The position numbers and the translations under genes were made by a program. From sequence record MT135025.1: DNA of 64,000 nt; one strand, given 5' to 3'. The notes beneath the pieces were generated by a model, which saw nothing but the letters and a program-made list of their open reading frames with translations, had not been told where the DNA came from and ran no database searches. This document shows, one piece after another, positions 1 to 10,300 of the stretch (within the stretch, counting starts at the first letter, position 1; the number at the start of each line of letters is the position of its first letter).

Positions 1-2
1 CC

Positions 3-113
3 GTTGACGAATATGAATTCAACCGAAACGAAGAAAATCGCGTAATCAATGTACTATCGAGGGATGATGTTAGTACTTACATTAGCACATTCATGAAATT
101 AGCAGGGGTATAA
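3..113 (+). CDS. 53: 3' end of baseplate wedge protein gp53-like (partial, starts before window)
   Basis: Open frame VDEYEFNRNEENRVINVLSRDDVSTYISTFMKLAGV* ends at 113, just before the next ATG. It resembles the T4 gp53 C-terminus and lies upstream of the hub genes. Confidence 0.55.
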   Translation, partial: VDEYEFNRNEENRVINVLSRDDVSTYISTFMKLAGV

Positions 114-114
114 C

Positions 115-1386
115 ATGTTTGAAATGCGCTCCGCTAACCCAATTGAGAACTTTGTGGTTAGCAAGATTCACATACGCGGTCTTGATTTTGCAGCGTCGGT
201 GGAGAATGAAATCACACACATGGAAATTTATGAATCGCTTAACGGGTTGGTTTCTGGCATGTTCATGTTCAAGGATTCGATTGGCGTCGTTGACACAATT
301 CGAATGACTGGGTTTGAAGCAATTGACGTTGAATTTGCGTCGTATGTCGGGGAGCAAGCAAACCGAGTCTATCAAAAATCATTTCGTGCAACTGGTATTT
401 CTAGAATGCCCGCACGTACTGGTGGGTTTGAGACTGTATTGGTGCGTTTCACAAATAACTTACTGACTCTTAACGATTACGTTAAACGACCTTATGTATT
501 CAAGAAGACTAGTATTTCGAATATCATAAAAGCGATTTTGGATAATCTGGGCGATGAGAAGCCAGAATATGAAATTGAAACGTCTTTATATCAACGTGAT
601 TTTGTGACGAAGATTGGTAAACCGTACGACATTATTAAAAGTATCGTCGATCATGCTAGTACAGACGTGAATAACAGTTGTAAATTCATGTTCTATGAAG
701 ACCGCGACTCAGTTAAATTCGCATCACTTGGGTCAATTCGTGACAAAGAATATGAATACATCATCCGTAAGGGTGCTGATACGGGCGATGGTAAATGGAC
801 TTCTGGCAACACGAATACAATTACAGCATTGCGGGTTGTGGTGAAGGAACAATCTAATATGCACGAGATTTCTAGTGGTTTATTCGGATCTAGAACATAT
901 TCGCATAGTTTAATTCGGAAGAAATTGACTACAAAAGATGTTCGTAGAAATGATTATATTGCTCAAGTTGGAATTTTGAATGACCGCGCTCATATGTACA
1001 CTAATGAACTTGAGTTTGCAAGCGAAGTTCCTGAAACTGAGCAGCCATTAAACAGCATTCAGCTACTCCCGAACGATGGTTTTTACGAACATGACAACAA
1101 ACACCCACTGGGGTCTATTCACGGCGTATCTCTTATGGAGGAGACGTATTTGAAAGCTAAACAGATCATCGTTGAAATACCCGGGAACACTAACATCACG
1201 GTTGGTGACGTTGTATTTCTTGATTATCACGCGGTGACTGGTGAGAATCATTCTAGTTTAGACGCATCGGGTCGTTGGATTGTTCATGAGTTGAAGCACC
1301 GTGTTGAACCCAACTCATTTATAACTACTCTTGAATTGTCTAGTGATTCATCGGTTAATATCGCAATTGCGGGGAGCAAGAAATAA
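115..1386 (+). CDS. 27: Baseplate hub subunit, gp27/GpD-like
   Basis: 423 aa. N-terminal 'MEIYESLNGLVSGMFMFKDSIG' and C-terminal 'IVEIPGNTNITVGDVV...SGRWIVHELKHRV' fit the gp27/GpD hub fold. It is translationally coupled (TAATG) to gene 5. Confidence 0.7.
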   Translation: MFEMRSANPIENFVVSKIHIRGLDFAASVENEITHMEIYESLNGLVSGMFMFKDSIGVVDTIRMTGFEAIDVEFASYVGEQANRVYQKSFRATGISRMPARTGGFETVLVRFTNNLLTLNDYVKRPYVFKKTSISNIIKAILDNLGDEKPEYEIETSLYQRDFVTKIGKPYDIIKSIVDHASTDVNNSCKFMFYEDRDSVKFASLGSIRDKEYEYIIRKGADTGDGKWTSGNTNTITALRVVVKEQSNMHEISSGLFGSRTYSHSLIRKKLTTKDVRRNDYIAQVGILNDRAHMYTNELEFASEVPETEQPLNSIQLLPNDGFYEHDNKHPLGSIHGVSLMEETYLKAKQIIVEIPGNTNITVGDVVFLDYHAVTGENHSSLDASGRWIVHELKHRVEPNSFITTLELSSDSSVNIAIAGSKK

Positions 1387-2651
1387 TGTTTATGGGATTA
1401 GATGGGTTTGAGTGGTGGACTGGCGTTGTCGAAGATCGAACAACCGACCCACTCAAACTTGGTAGAATTAAAGTTCGAATGATTGGTCTGCACCCAGATA
1501 AGAAAAGTTCAGAACAAGGTATTCGAACTGAAGAACTGCTTTGGGTTCATCCCATGCAGTCTCTTGATAATGCAGCAATGAACGGAATCGGGAATGCTCC
1601 TATAGGCGTCGTTGAGGGAACGTGGGTTTTTGGTTTCTTCAGAGACAAGTTGCGTCAAGATGCAGTCGCCATGGGTGTATTGCCCGGGATTCCCGAAGAT
1701 TTGCCGAACGGTAGCGTTGGGTTTAATGACCCGAATGAGAAATATCCGTTAGCAGATAAGCTTAATGAGCCAGATACAAACCGTCTAGCTCGTAATGACG
1801 TTGATCCTGACGTATATGACGAAAGTCAATCTCAGACTGCGTTTGATAACGGTGAAGCGCCTTATGTATATCGACCGCACCCGATCATTGCAAGTAAAAG
1901 AGCGGCTGAAGAGAAAGAAATCCCACTTGCTGGTTACAATGCAGAGGGTCCGAAGTACGATGAGAAAGTCACGCCGTATGCAGCACAGTATCCGTACAAT
2001 CATGTTCGTGAATCAGAATCAGGACACATTCATGAGATTGATGACACAGAGGGAGCAGAGCGTCTTCATACGTATCACAGAACTGGAACGTTTGAAGAAA
2101 TTCACCCAGATGGTAGTCGAGTGACAAAGATTATAGGCGATGATTTTGAGATTGTACATAAGAATCAAAATGTGTACATCAAAGGCAACTTGAATATCAC
2201 CGTTGTTGGCGACGCGACTTTTTACTGTCAACAAAACGTTACTCAACAGATTGACGGGGACTTGAAACAGCACGTCAAGGGTAATGTTGATCAGCACGTC
2301 GAAATGAACGTGACTCAAACAGTTGACAAAGACGTTACGCAAGTCGTTCATCAGAACGTTACACAAACCGTCGATATGAATGTCACTCAGACAGTGCATC
2401 AGAACGTTACACAGACAGTTGACGGGGATGTTAATCAAACTGTGGGCGGTAACGTTCAAAGTAACGTCACGGGCGATTACACGCAGAATATCAGCGGTAA
2501 TTACACAATCACAGTGGGCGGTTCTATGTCTGAAAGTGTTAGTTCATCGTATACTCGTTCAGCAGCATCAATAAGTGATGATGGTGGTGGCGCAACTTTG
2601 AATTTAGCAGGTTCAGCAGCATTGGACGGCACAACAGTAAGTCTAGGTTAA
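1386..2651 (+). CDS. 5: Baseplate central spike gp5 (OB-fold plus triple beta-helix, no lysozyme domain)
   Basis: OB-fold 'WWTGVVEDR..DPLKLGRIKVR', 'YPYNHVRESESGHIHEIDDT..AERLHTYHRTGTFEEI', then many 8-aa VxG/VxQ beta-helix repeats. Confidence 0.95.
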   Translation: MFMGLDGFEWWTGVVEDRTTDPLKLGRIKVRMIGLHPDKKSSEQGIRTEELLWVHPMQSLDNAAMNGIGNAPIGVVEGTWVFGFFRDKLRQDAVAMGVLPGIPEDLPNGSVGFNDPNEKYPLADKLNEPDTNRLARNDVDPDVYDESQSQTAFDNGEAPYVYRPHPIIASKRAAEEKEIPLAGYNAEGPKYDEKVTPYAAQYPYNHVRESESGHIHEIDDTEGAERLHTYHRTGTFEEIHPDGSRVTKIIGDDFEIVHKNQNVYIKGNLNITVVGDATFYCQQNVTQQIDGDLKQHVKGNVDQHVEMNVTQTVDKDVTQVVHQNVTQTVDMNVTQTVHQNVTQTVDGDVNQTVGGNVQSNVTGDYTQNISGNYTITVGGSMSESVSSSYTRSAASISDDGGGATLNLAGSAALDGTTVSLG

Positions 2652-2655
2652 TTGA

Positions 2656-3141
2656 ATGGCTAGTATTACACCAACAACATTGCCAATCATTGCAGAGGGT
2701 GAGAACGTCGATGTGACGTTCTTCGCTGTTATGGATGAAGGCGAAACATTGGTTGACATAAACATCACGAATTTTATACCAAATACGGGCATCACGATTG
2801 AGGGTGCTCGTTATTACGGTCAGTATCAGGATTCGTTTGATTTGGGACCCAGTGGCTTGAAGTATCGCGACACGCGAGACAATAGCTATCATGAAGTGAG
2901 TAAATTCAGTGATTTGCCAGCGAATCCGGCTCATGGTCACGTGTATCGCTTCGAAGCGCCTAGTCCGCTGTCAACTGATTACACATACGAAGTCACAGTC
3001 AATTACGAGTATGAAGATCCACTTGTGCCTGGTGTTATCGAAGAGCGTCAGCTAATCGAAACGTTCAGTCAGACCGTAAAGGGTAAATGGGATAATTGGG
3101 CACAGCAACTTAGAGATTATATAGCAGCGGGAGGTAATTAA
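2656..3141 (+). CDS. 5.1: T4 gp5.1-like protein
   Basis: 'EGENVDVTF...GETLVDINIT...YTYEVTVNY...TVKGKWDNWAQQLR' parallels T4 5.1, in the syntenic position. Confidence 0.8.
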   Translation: MASITPTTLPIIAEGENVDVTFFAVMDEGETLVDINITNFIPNTGITIEGARYYGQYQDSFDLGPSGLKYRDTRDNSYHEVSKFSDLPANPAHGHVYRFEAPSPLSTDYTYEVTVNYEYEDPLVPGVIEERQLIETFSQTVKGKWDNWAQQLRDYIAAGGN

Positions 3142-3437
3142 TGCCAGCTTTAGCAGGTGCAGACGAACCGACTACTGGTCACGGAACATATCCACCGACA
3201 GTAGTAACAGGGGGTAGCGGGAGAGTTACAGTACAAGGCAAACCTGCGTTATCGAAAGATAACATGGTTCATGTTACGCATTGTAACACAGTTCCGAATC
3301 ATGATTGTCACGCCGGTAGTGCAGCAACGTTTAGTCCGAAAGTGTTTATTGAGGGGAGTAATGCAATCCGTATCGGCGACACATTGACGTGCGGCGATAC
3401 GGTAGCAGGTGGTGCGGGGAAGGTTACTAGTTCGTAG
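3141..3437 (+). CDS. 5.4: PAAR-repeat spike tip protein gp5.4
   Basis: 98 aa. 'TTGHGTYPPT...VTVQGKPA...HVTH...H...SPKVFIEG..AIRIGDTLTCGDTVAGG' is PAAR-like with His/Cys metal ligands. Confidence 0.92.
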   Translation: MPALAGADEPTTGHGTYPPTVVTGGSGRVTVQGKPALSKDNMVHVTHCNTVPNHDCHAGSAATFSPKVFIEGSNAIRIGDTLTCGDTVAGGAGKVTSS

Positions 3438-3786
3438 CGTTGTGCGATTTGATTCGCTCTTCACTATTCAGAGTCGTAACGTCAACTTCTTCAGCTTTGA
3501 ATGAATTATCGACCATTTTTGGTGCTTCGACAGTCGTCATTGGATCGACTTTGTATTTTGCAGTGTCGTTTACGACTTCGGTCGCTGTAGGGCGTGTGAT
3601 TGGTGATGTGAACACTTTAAACGCACCAGCAGCAAGTGTCAGAACTAGAGCTACTGCAATGATTTTGCCGTAAGGTAGTTTCAAATCAAACTTGAAGATC
3701 TTTGACAAGATGAACGCAACAAGCAAGATTAGCAGTAATGAAACGAATACGCCAACGACTGGTGCGAGAACTAATAAAAATTCCAT
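3427..3786 (-). CDS. Hypothetical membrane protein (two N-terminal hydrophobic segments)
   Basis: 119 aa with hydrophobic residues about 3-27 and 41-57. Lies downstream of the SPFH gene on the same strand. Confidence 0.75.
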   Translation of the reverse strand: MEFLLVLAPVVGVFVSLLLILLVAFILSKIFKFDLKLPYGKIIAVALVLTLAAGAFKVFTSPITRPTATEVVNDTAKYKVDPMTTVEAPKMVDNSFKAEEVDVTTLNSEERIKSHNATN

Positions 3787-3807
3787 TGTATTTTCCTATT
3801 TCGTGTG

Positions 3808-3833
3808 AAACAAAGGGGCGACATAGCCGCCCC
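3808..3833 (-). terminator. Intrinsic terminator/attenuator after the SPFH gene
   Basis: Minus strand GGGGCG-GCTATGT-CGCCCC-TTTGTTT. Confidence 0.55.
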
Positions 3834-3839
3834 GTTTGA

Positions 3840-4715
3840 TTATTTAATCGGAGTTTGCACTGCGATTTTGTCAAGCATTTCGGTAGGTACGAATACCTTG
3901 TTGTTTGATTTCGCAAGCTCACGTAGAGTTTTTTGCTCTTCTAGGAAGCGTACGTTGTTGTTCATCAGTTTGTCAGCAACCAGTTTCTTGGTTTCTGCTT
4001 CGTACAGCTCGATTTCGCGTTGACGTTTTGAAACTTCTTCACGGGTCGCAATCTGTAGCAGGTCAAGTTTACGTTGTGCTTTTACAGTATCTTCTTGCTG
4101 ACGACGTTCAGCCGATGCTTCTTGTGCAGCAGTAATCGTTTTAGGGTAAATTACGTCAGTAACACCTACGACTTTAAGAACGAATGGCGTATCTTTCAGT
4201 TCTTGATTAAGACGCTGTTTCACGAACTGGTTAAGCTTTTCACGGTTAGATGCGACTTCCGAAATGCTGTATTCAGCAATGATTGACGGAATAATCGTGT
4301 TCAGTTTAGCTCGTGCATAACGAACGAACACATCTTGCTGTGAAATCACACCTAATTGGTCAGTCTGCGATTTGAACGGCACCTTCGCAAAAACGAAGTT
4401 GTATTTCGCAGGATCGACCGCCATGGTCATTTCAACGTCGTACTTCAGCATTAGTTCGTCTTTCGGCATGAAAGTGTCAAACTTCATTTCGTAGAAGCTG
4501 TCAGATACATCAAGCAGTACTAGACGATCTGGGTAGCGCCATGCCCAATCAAGACGGAACTTAGATGGTTGACGTGGCTCTTGAGTCAAATCGAAGCCGT
4601 CTTTAGTCTGAATCTTACCAACGAAGCCGGTTGGGATTTCAGCAGGAGTACCACAGCCAGTTAGTGCGAAGCCCAGTGCTGCTACTGAAAGAAGTTTAGC
4701 GATATTTTTAAACAT
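3840..4715 (-). CDS. SPFH/Band-7 (prohibitin/HflC-like) lipoprotein
   Basis: Lipobox ALTG-C. SPFH core 'TFMPKDELMLKYDVEMTMAV...YSISEVASNREKL...VTDVIYPKTITAAQE' and a coiled-coil tail. Confidence 0.8.
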   Translation of the reverse strand: MFKNIAKLLSVAALGFALTGCGTPAEIPTGFVGKIQTKDGFDLTQEPRQPSKFRLDWAWRYPDRLVLLDVSDSFYEMKFDTFMPKDELMLKYDVEMTMAVDPAKYNFVFAKVPFKSQTDQLGVISQQDVFVRYARAKLNTIIPSIIAEYSISEVASNREKLNQFVKQRLNQELKDTPFVLKVVGVTDVIYPKTITAAQEASAERRQQEDTVKAQRKLDLLQIATREEVSKRQREIELYEAETKKLVADKLMNNNVRFLEEQKTLRELAKSNNKVFVPTEMLDKIAVQTPIK

Positions 4716-4747
4716 GTTTTGCTCTCTTAGTTAAGTTGACGATGTGA

Positions 4748-4776
4748 ATGATACGTTGTGTAGTTCAGCATGTCAA
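4748..4776 (-). promoter_or_regulatory. sigma70-type (early) promoter, proximal, for the SPFH operon
   Basis: TTGACA-17 nt-TATCAT on the minus strand. Confidence 0.8.
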
Positions 4777-4832
4777 GTTGTTTTTCACAAATTTCTCATT
4801 TTGTTTGTGCGCTTCGTTGCGCTGAGGAGTAC

Positions 4833-4861
4833 ATAGTAGGCAAAACAAATACCCCTGTCAA
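4833..4861 (-). promoter_or_regulatory. sigma70-type (early) promoter, distal
   Basis: TTGACA-17 nt-TACTAT on the minus strand. Confidence 0.8.
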
Positions 4862-4869
4862 CACTTTTC

Positions 4870-4877
4870 TATAAATA
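4870..4877 (+). promoter_or_regulatory. T4-type late promoter for gene 25
   Basis: TATAAATA upstream of the GGAG RBS and ATG 4901. Confidence 0.9.
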
Positions 4878-4900
4878 AATTTAAAATTCGGAGAAAATCT

Positions 4901-5320
4901 ATGGCAATTGCAGAGTTGAACACTCTAAAGCCAGGGAGTTACTACTTCAGTGACATCCCAGCAAATTTCGGCAAGAGTGTTGTAAACAATGACTTGAGCG
5001 CATCATATGACTTGAAAGCAATACAAGAATCAATCATCGGAATCGTGAGTACAAAGAAAGGCGAGCGACCTTTCAATCCCGAATTCGGATGTGACATCAG
5101 CAATCAGCTATTTGAAAACATTTCGCCTGCAAGTGCGTTTGCAATCAAATACAGTATTGAGAACGCGATTTCTAAATGGGAACCGCGTGTGGTGATTCAA
5201 AAGATTGAAGTTCTACCGCTTTATGACAAGAACACATACGAAATTGTGGTTCAGTATCATCTACGCACCAACTTTGATCGACTGTTTGCGCTTAAAACAA
5301 GACTTGTGAATCGTCTTTAA
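4901..5320 (+). CDS. 25: Baseplate wedge subunit gp25
   Basis: 'AIQESIIGIVSTKKGERPFNPEFGCDI..QLFEN...IENAISKWEPRV' is the GPW/gp25 signature. Confidence 0.95.
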   Translation: MAIAELNTLKPGSYYFSDIPANFGKSVVNNDLSASYDLKAIQESIIGIVSTKKGERPFNPEFGCDISNQLFENISPASAFAIKYSIENAISKWEPRVVIQKIEVLPLYDKNTYEIVVQYHLRTNFDRLFALKTRLVNRL

Positions 5321-5325
5321 TGAAC

Positions 5326-5351
5326 AGCCCGCCATTGTGCGGGCTTTTTTG
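5326..5351 (+). terminator. Intrinsic terminator after gene 25
   Basis: AGCCCGC-CATTGT-GCGGGCT followed by a T-run. Confidence 0.8.
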
Positions 5352-5404
5352 TGCATTAAATATAAGAAACGAAATTTACATAATTTTACCAACAGGGGAA
5401 TAAC

Positions 5405-7363
5405 ATGACAACTAACTCGAATTTGCCTGTTAGTTCTGGCTCGTTTGAGACAATCAAACAAGACCTTATTCAATATCTGAAAGGTCAAGACGAGTTCAAG
5501 GATTACGACTTTAAAGGTAGTCGCCTGAACGTACTAACAGATTTGCTTGCATACAACACAATGTATCTTCAGCACTACTCGAATGCAGCACTATTCGAGG
5601 GATTTATTCGCACTGCACAGAAACACAGCAGTGTGGTTCAGCACGCTCAAGATATGGGTTATGCGCCAAGCTCTTTGTCGGCAGCAACACATACTATCGG
5701 TATCAAAGCGTATCACGCTGAAAACCCAGTTGAGATCACATTAGGTACAGGTACTCGATTCAGCGCAGATGTTGATGGTGTTGATTACTACAGCTACATC
5801 GTATGGGAACCTCATATTCTAATCGGTGCGAAACAAGACCCGCTTGATCCTGCGAGTCCCTTAGTGTATCAAGACCAGATTGATTTGGTTCAAGGAACAC
5901 TAGGTCGCTATGAAACGATTTTCAGTGAAAGTGAGTCGATTACGATCAAAGACCCGGATTTAGACAGAAATTATGTTCGTGTGTTCGTAGATAATGCAGA
6001 ATGGACTAACTGGACTGACAAATCAATCGTGAACGTAACTGGTGGCTCGAATGTATTCTATCTTCGCGAAACAGTAGACGGGTACACTGAGGTTTACTTC
6101 GGCGAGGGTGTTCTGACTGATTTTACCGAGAACGCAGGTGCATACAATCCCGGTTATATCGGTGGTTTGCGACCAATTGAAGGTCAGCGCATTCGTGTTC
6201 AATACGTGAAAACATCGGGACCGCTTGCGAACGGTTCACAACGTTTCACATGGGCAGATGACATCCCGAATTTTCAATTGGATGACAAGAACATCGACGA
6301 CAATCCGAATAACGATGAGAACTTCGTGGGATCTATCGGCGGTGGTTATGCTGAAGGCACAGAACGTATTAGAGAACTCGCACCGATTTTCCGCGAGTCG
6401 CAACGTCGATGCGTGACTAAACTTGACTATGAAACGTTCGTTTCTCAGAAGTTCGGTAATATCGTTCAGGCTGTTCAAGCGTTCGGTAGCTCAGACAAGC
6501 CGGGATATGTGTTCATTTCGATTAAACCGAAAAGCGGATTGACTCTGCCTCAAGTTGCTCGTAATGACATCGAAGAATATCTGAAAGAATTTAATATTGT
6601 AACAGTAACACCTAAAGTTGTTGACCCAGATTACTTGTACATCAAGCACAACCTGAGAATCAACTACCGTACCGGTTCATTGGCTGAGGGTGCTGACTAT
6701 CTGAAAGCTCAGATCATCAATGCGATTTCAGATTACTACTACAATGAAGTGGAGATTTTCAACGCATCGTTTCACGTGTCAAAGATGTTGAGCTACGTAG
6801 ATGACGCGCACCCGTCTATTCTAGGTTCACGCTGTGACATCAGCTTGATTCGCGAATTGACCAACTTTGCACAAACTCCTATGAGTGGCTACAGTTTCTT
6901 GAACCCAATTACACCAGCAACTGTGAAGTCCGAAGACATCACGTTTACCCCGGGTAATTACAAAGTTCAAATGAGAACAACTGAAGCTCGTACTGCGCCG
7001 ACACAAGAAGATATTGGTACAATTCTATTGGGTCCATTTGCAGCAGGTGACATCACAGCGCCAGTTGACCCAGAGACTGGCTTGCCAACTGGCGCATACA
7101 CAGACAACGACTTTGATCGCGAAGTAATTGGCGGTCGCAGTCTATATTACCGTGTAGGTACAATTAACTACGCATCAGGCATGATGGACTATGACTTCAT
7201 CAACTTGGGTATCAACTCATCAGATTGGGATGTTACTGGCAACCTGATCGTGTCAGCAACGCCAACACGTGTGAATATATACACAGATGACGGTAGCTTG
7301 ATTGTATATGAGAACGAGCTGCGTCCTCAATACACAGACATCGTCCTAGAGGGTATTTCTTAA
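5405..7363 (+). CDS. 6: Baseplate wedge subunit gp6
   Basis: 652 aa. 'FETIKQDLIQYLKGQDEFKDYDFKGSRLNVLTDLLAYNT' and 'ESQRRCVTKLDYE' match T4 gp6. Confidence 0.95.
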   Translation: MTTNSNLPVSSGSFETIKQDLIQYLKGQDEFKDYDFKGSRLNVLTDLLAYNTMYLQHYSNAALFEGFIRTAQKHSSVVQHAQDMGYAPSSLSAATHTIGIKAYHAENPVEITLGTGTRFSADVDGVDYYSYIVWEPHILIGAKQDPLDPASPLVYQDQIDLVQGTLGRYETIFSESESITIKDPDLDRNYVRVFVDNAEWTNWTDKSIVNVTGGSNVFYLRETVDGYTEVYFGEGVLTDFTENAGAYNPGYIGGLRPIEGQRIRVQYVKTSGPLANGSQRFTWADDIPNFQLDDKNIDDNPNNDENFVGSIGGGYAEGTERIRELAPIFRESQRRCVTKLDYETFVSQKFGNIVQAVQAFGSSDKPGYVFISIKPKSGLTLPQVARNDIEEYLKEFNIVTVTPKVVDPDYLYIKHNLRINYRTGSLAEGADYLKAQIINAISDYYYNEVEIFNASFHVSKMLSYVDDAHPSILGSRCDISLIRELTNFAQTPMSGYSFLNPITPATVKSEDITFTPGNYKVQMRTTEARTAPTQEDIGTILLGPFAAGDITAPVDPETGLPTGAYTDNDFDREVIGGRSLYYRVGTINYASGMMDYDFINLGINSSDWDVTGNLIVSATPTRVNIYTDDGSLIVYENELRPQYTDIVLEGIS

Positions 7364-10300
7364 TGGCAAATGTATTACAGGCACCGCCAATTATGGAAGT
7401 GTCGATTAACAAATTGACACGAAACTATGCTGAACTTTCGTGGACAACCGTGGGTGAGAATTTCCGTTATGAAATTCACGTGCGCTCGGCGGTCAGTGCT
7501 GAACTGCTTTTAACGCAGCCTTTCGCGCCGTTATACCCAAACCCGTTCACGGCTGAAACACGTCTGTTTACAAACATTAACGAATCAGTGCGCTACTATC
7601 AGTGGCGCATTCGTTCAGTTTATCAAGGATTTAATCCGAGTGAATGGATTCAGTCAGACATCGGTTACACGTCTGAAACAAACGATTACGATATTGTCAC
7701 GCAAGACGAATTCACGCCTGCTAGTTCATTTATAGAAGCGCGTCTTAACAACGATAACGATCAGTATCTTAACAGCCGTAACCAGTTGCAAGCAACCTTA
7801 GTAAGACCAGGGTTTGAATTTGACCCAAATATGTTCAATGCTGATTCAGCCGCGTATTGGTTCGTTACTAACCCAGGATTTAGCGCAAATTACGGGAAAG
7901 TGCCGTCAGTTTGTCAGAGCAATAGTCGAGTGATCCCGTCGGTGATCGACGATGTGATATATGCATTCGAGCGTTGGCAACAAGTTTGTAAAGTATCAAA
8001 CGACGGTGGGAAAACATGGCAGACATACAAGGCAACCAACTCGCGTCTAGGTAGCCCTGTGTACGACTGTATCTGTAAGCAGTCTAACACGTTTAGTTAT
8101 CTTCTAGGGTACGATTACCTTATTCAGGGCGTTTCGTCTACTGACGTTGATTACTCGCATGATAACGGACTGGAATACTCACACGCTTCGGTTGATCTTA
8201 CGTTCGATAAACTAGACTTTGACTTGGGTTTTGGTTTTGATGTTGAGCGTTTCAAAGATCTTGCTATTTTACCACCACAAGTGCGTCATAAAGCAGATGC
8301 GTTCGGGGTTGATGATGTAATGACCGTTGTAACATACGGAAACACATACGTATGGCACAACAATAGAATCCCGCGTATTTTCGACAACGTTCAATCTGAC
8401 CTATACGGTGAACGTATTTTCGAAACAGTAGGTGAGTTTGACAATGAGCCGGTCTATTTCGAAGCTCGTATTGTTCAGAACGATATTAGTCGCCCAGATT
8501 TCGACGAAAATACTGCCGATGTTTGCGTGAAAAAGATTCAGTACTTTGATGATCCTGAGCAAGGTCTTGATTATCAAGATGGTCACATGTATGCGCTGGT
8601 TATAGGTGAGTGGGAGCATGATAGTAACGGCAAACGAATCGGAACTTCTGATCCAAATGAGATTCGCGGCGTATATCGTCTGAATCGCACCGCTATCATG
8701 AACGGCGACATCGTTGTAGGCTATTCAGGTCTATCTTGGGAGCGCGTATACGGTAATATTGCTGAAGAGCGTTTGCTGCTAAACGAACGTTCGGTTATTT
8801 CTCGCGATAACACTCATCTAATCGTTGGGCATGACTTGACAAAGAACTATGGTGAAGAAGGCAACCCTGCTTATGATAATCGTCAAGAATCTAGCGGCGC
8901 GCCTGGCAACTATCACTCAACTCTCGGTAGCAATTACGGCACAGTCGATGACCCGTACCTAGTTGCAGACAACGATGAAGTTGACGAAGCAGTTCGCATG
9001 TTTACTAAGCCGTTCTTTACGACTTATGTTAAGCCGATGACTCAGATTATCGCAACGAAAGACGGGAATACGTGGGATTATAAGCCACAAGATTACTACG
9101 GTTCAGCGCACTTTAACTGGATGCAGCGTGCAGAAACGCGAGATTGGAAATCGTGGGCAAACGAAATCATGTACTACAAGAAAGAGTCTATCTTCCGCCA
9201 TGATTTTGCTGATCTTGATGATGTTCGTTGGAAAGAAACGTTTAACGAAGGCGAATACACATTTGAAGCACCGAACTTATCTATTTTCGGTTTCAATGGG
9301 TATGCGGCAGGTGCAATCATTCACTCAAAGAATGATAACAAAGTGATTGGTTACTACAAGTTCCCTTATCGCGTTGACATCACCGCACCGATTCGTTGGT
9401 CGCCAGAGCGTCGTGTGATAACTGCTAGTCTGTCAAATTACACACCTGTAATCATCGAGCCGCCAGCAGAAGATCCAACGACTATGCTCGATCCTACGTT
9501 GACGCCACTGATTTACAAAATGATGCCAGAAAATTACTTAGATGCAGACGGATTTTACAAACAATTCGCGAAGCACTATTTAGATTTCATCAGTAAAGGT
9601 GACGGGACAGCGTATAATAACGTGTACAACTTGTTGAACAGCAAAAACCCGTTAGACGATCATTATACTGAATACTTGCACAAGCTTGTATATGAGCGAA
9701 ATCGTATCTTAGAGCCAGAGAAGCGCGACGCAGTTGTTAAGTTCTTCTTAGCACGCAGAGCAGACTTTTACAGCACGAAGGGTATTTTGGACTCATACAA
9801 GTTTCTGTTCAAGTTACTGTACAACGAAGATGTTGAAGTTGAGATTGAATCGCTTAACACATTTGAGTATGCAATTGTGGTGAATTCAAATGATGTAACA
9901 GATGATATTGTCGGTCGACGTATCTACTCAGGTACAGGCAATGCGGATGTTACGTATATCTCTAGACATTACATTGAGGGTAAACGTTACTGGAAATTGA
10001 CGTTGAACAACTTAATCGGTGAATTGAACATCGGTGATGTTTTGTCAATTGACGGTCTGGATTTTACCGCTACCGCGATCACTCGTGTACAAGGTGAACG
10101 AATCGACTACGACTCAAACGAGTTCTTAGATCGAAGCAAGTCATACTATGTGATGAAATTGCGTTCTGAAATGCAATTGAGTCAGTACAAAGATGATGTA
10201 ATTCGATTTGTGCATCCAATTGGATTTGGGTTTTTGGGTATTACGCTACTAACTGTACTGATCAATCATGGTATCTCAGTAGAGCACCATGAAACAATCG

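Noticed and set aside
2019-2459. 146-aa minus-strand ORF opposite the gp5 beta-helix, and the many other 60-155-aa ORFs nested in or antisense to structural genes
   Set aside because: These are shadow frames produced by repetitive or biased codon use in the real gene. They lack RBSs and promoters and have no recognisable motifs.
2200-2570. 24-nt/8-aa periodic repeats in gene 5 that look like a tandem array
   Set aside because: This is the expected VxGxxxxx-type triple beta-helix of gp5, not a CRISPR array or a novel repeat.
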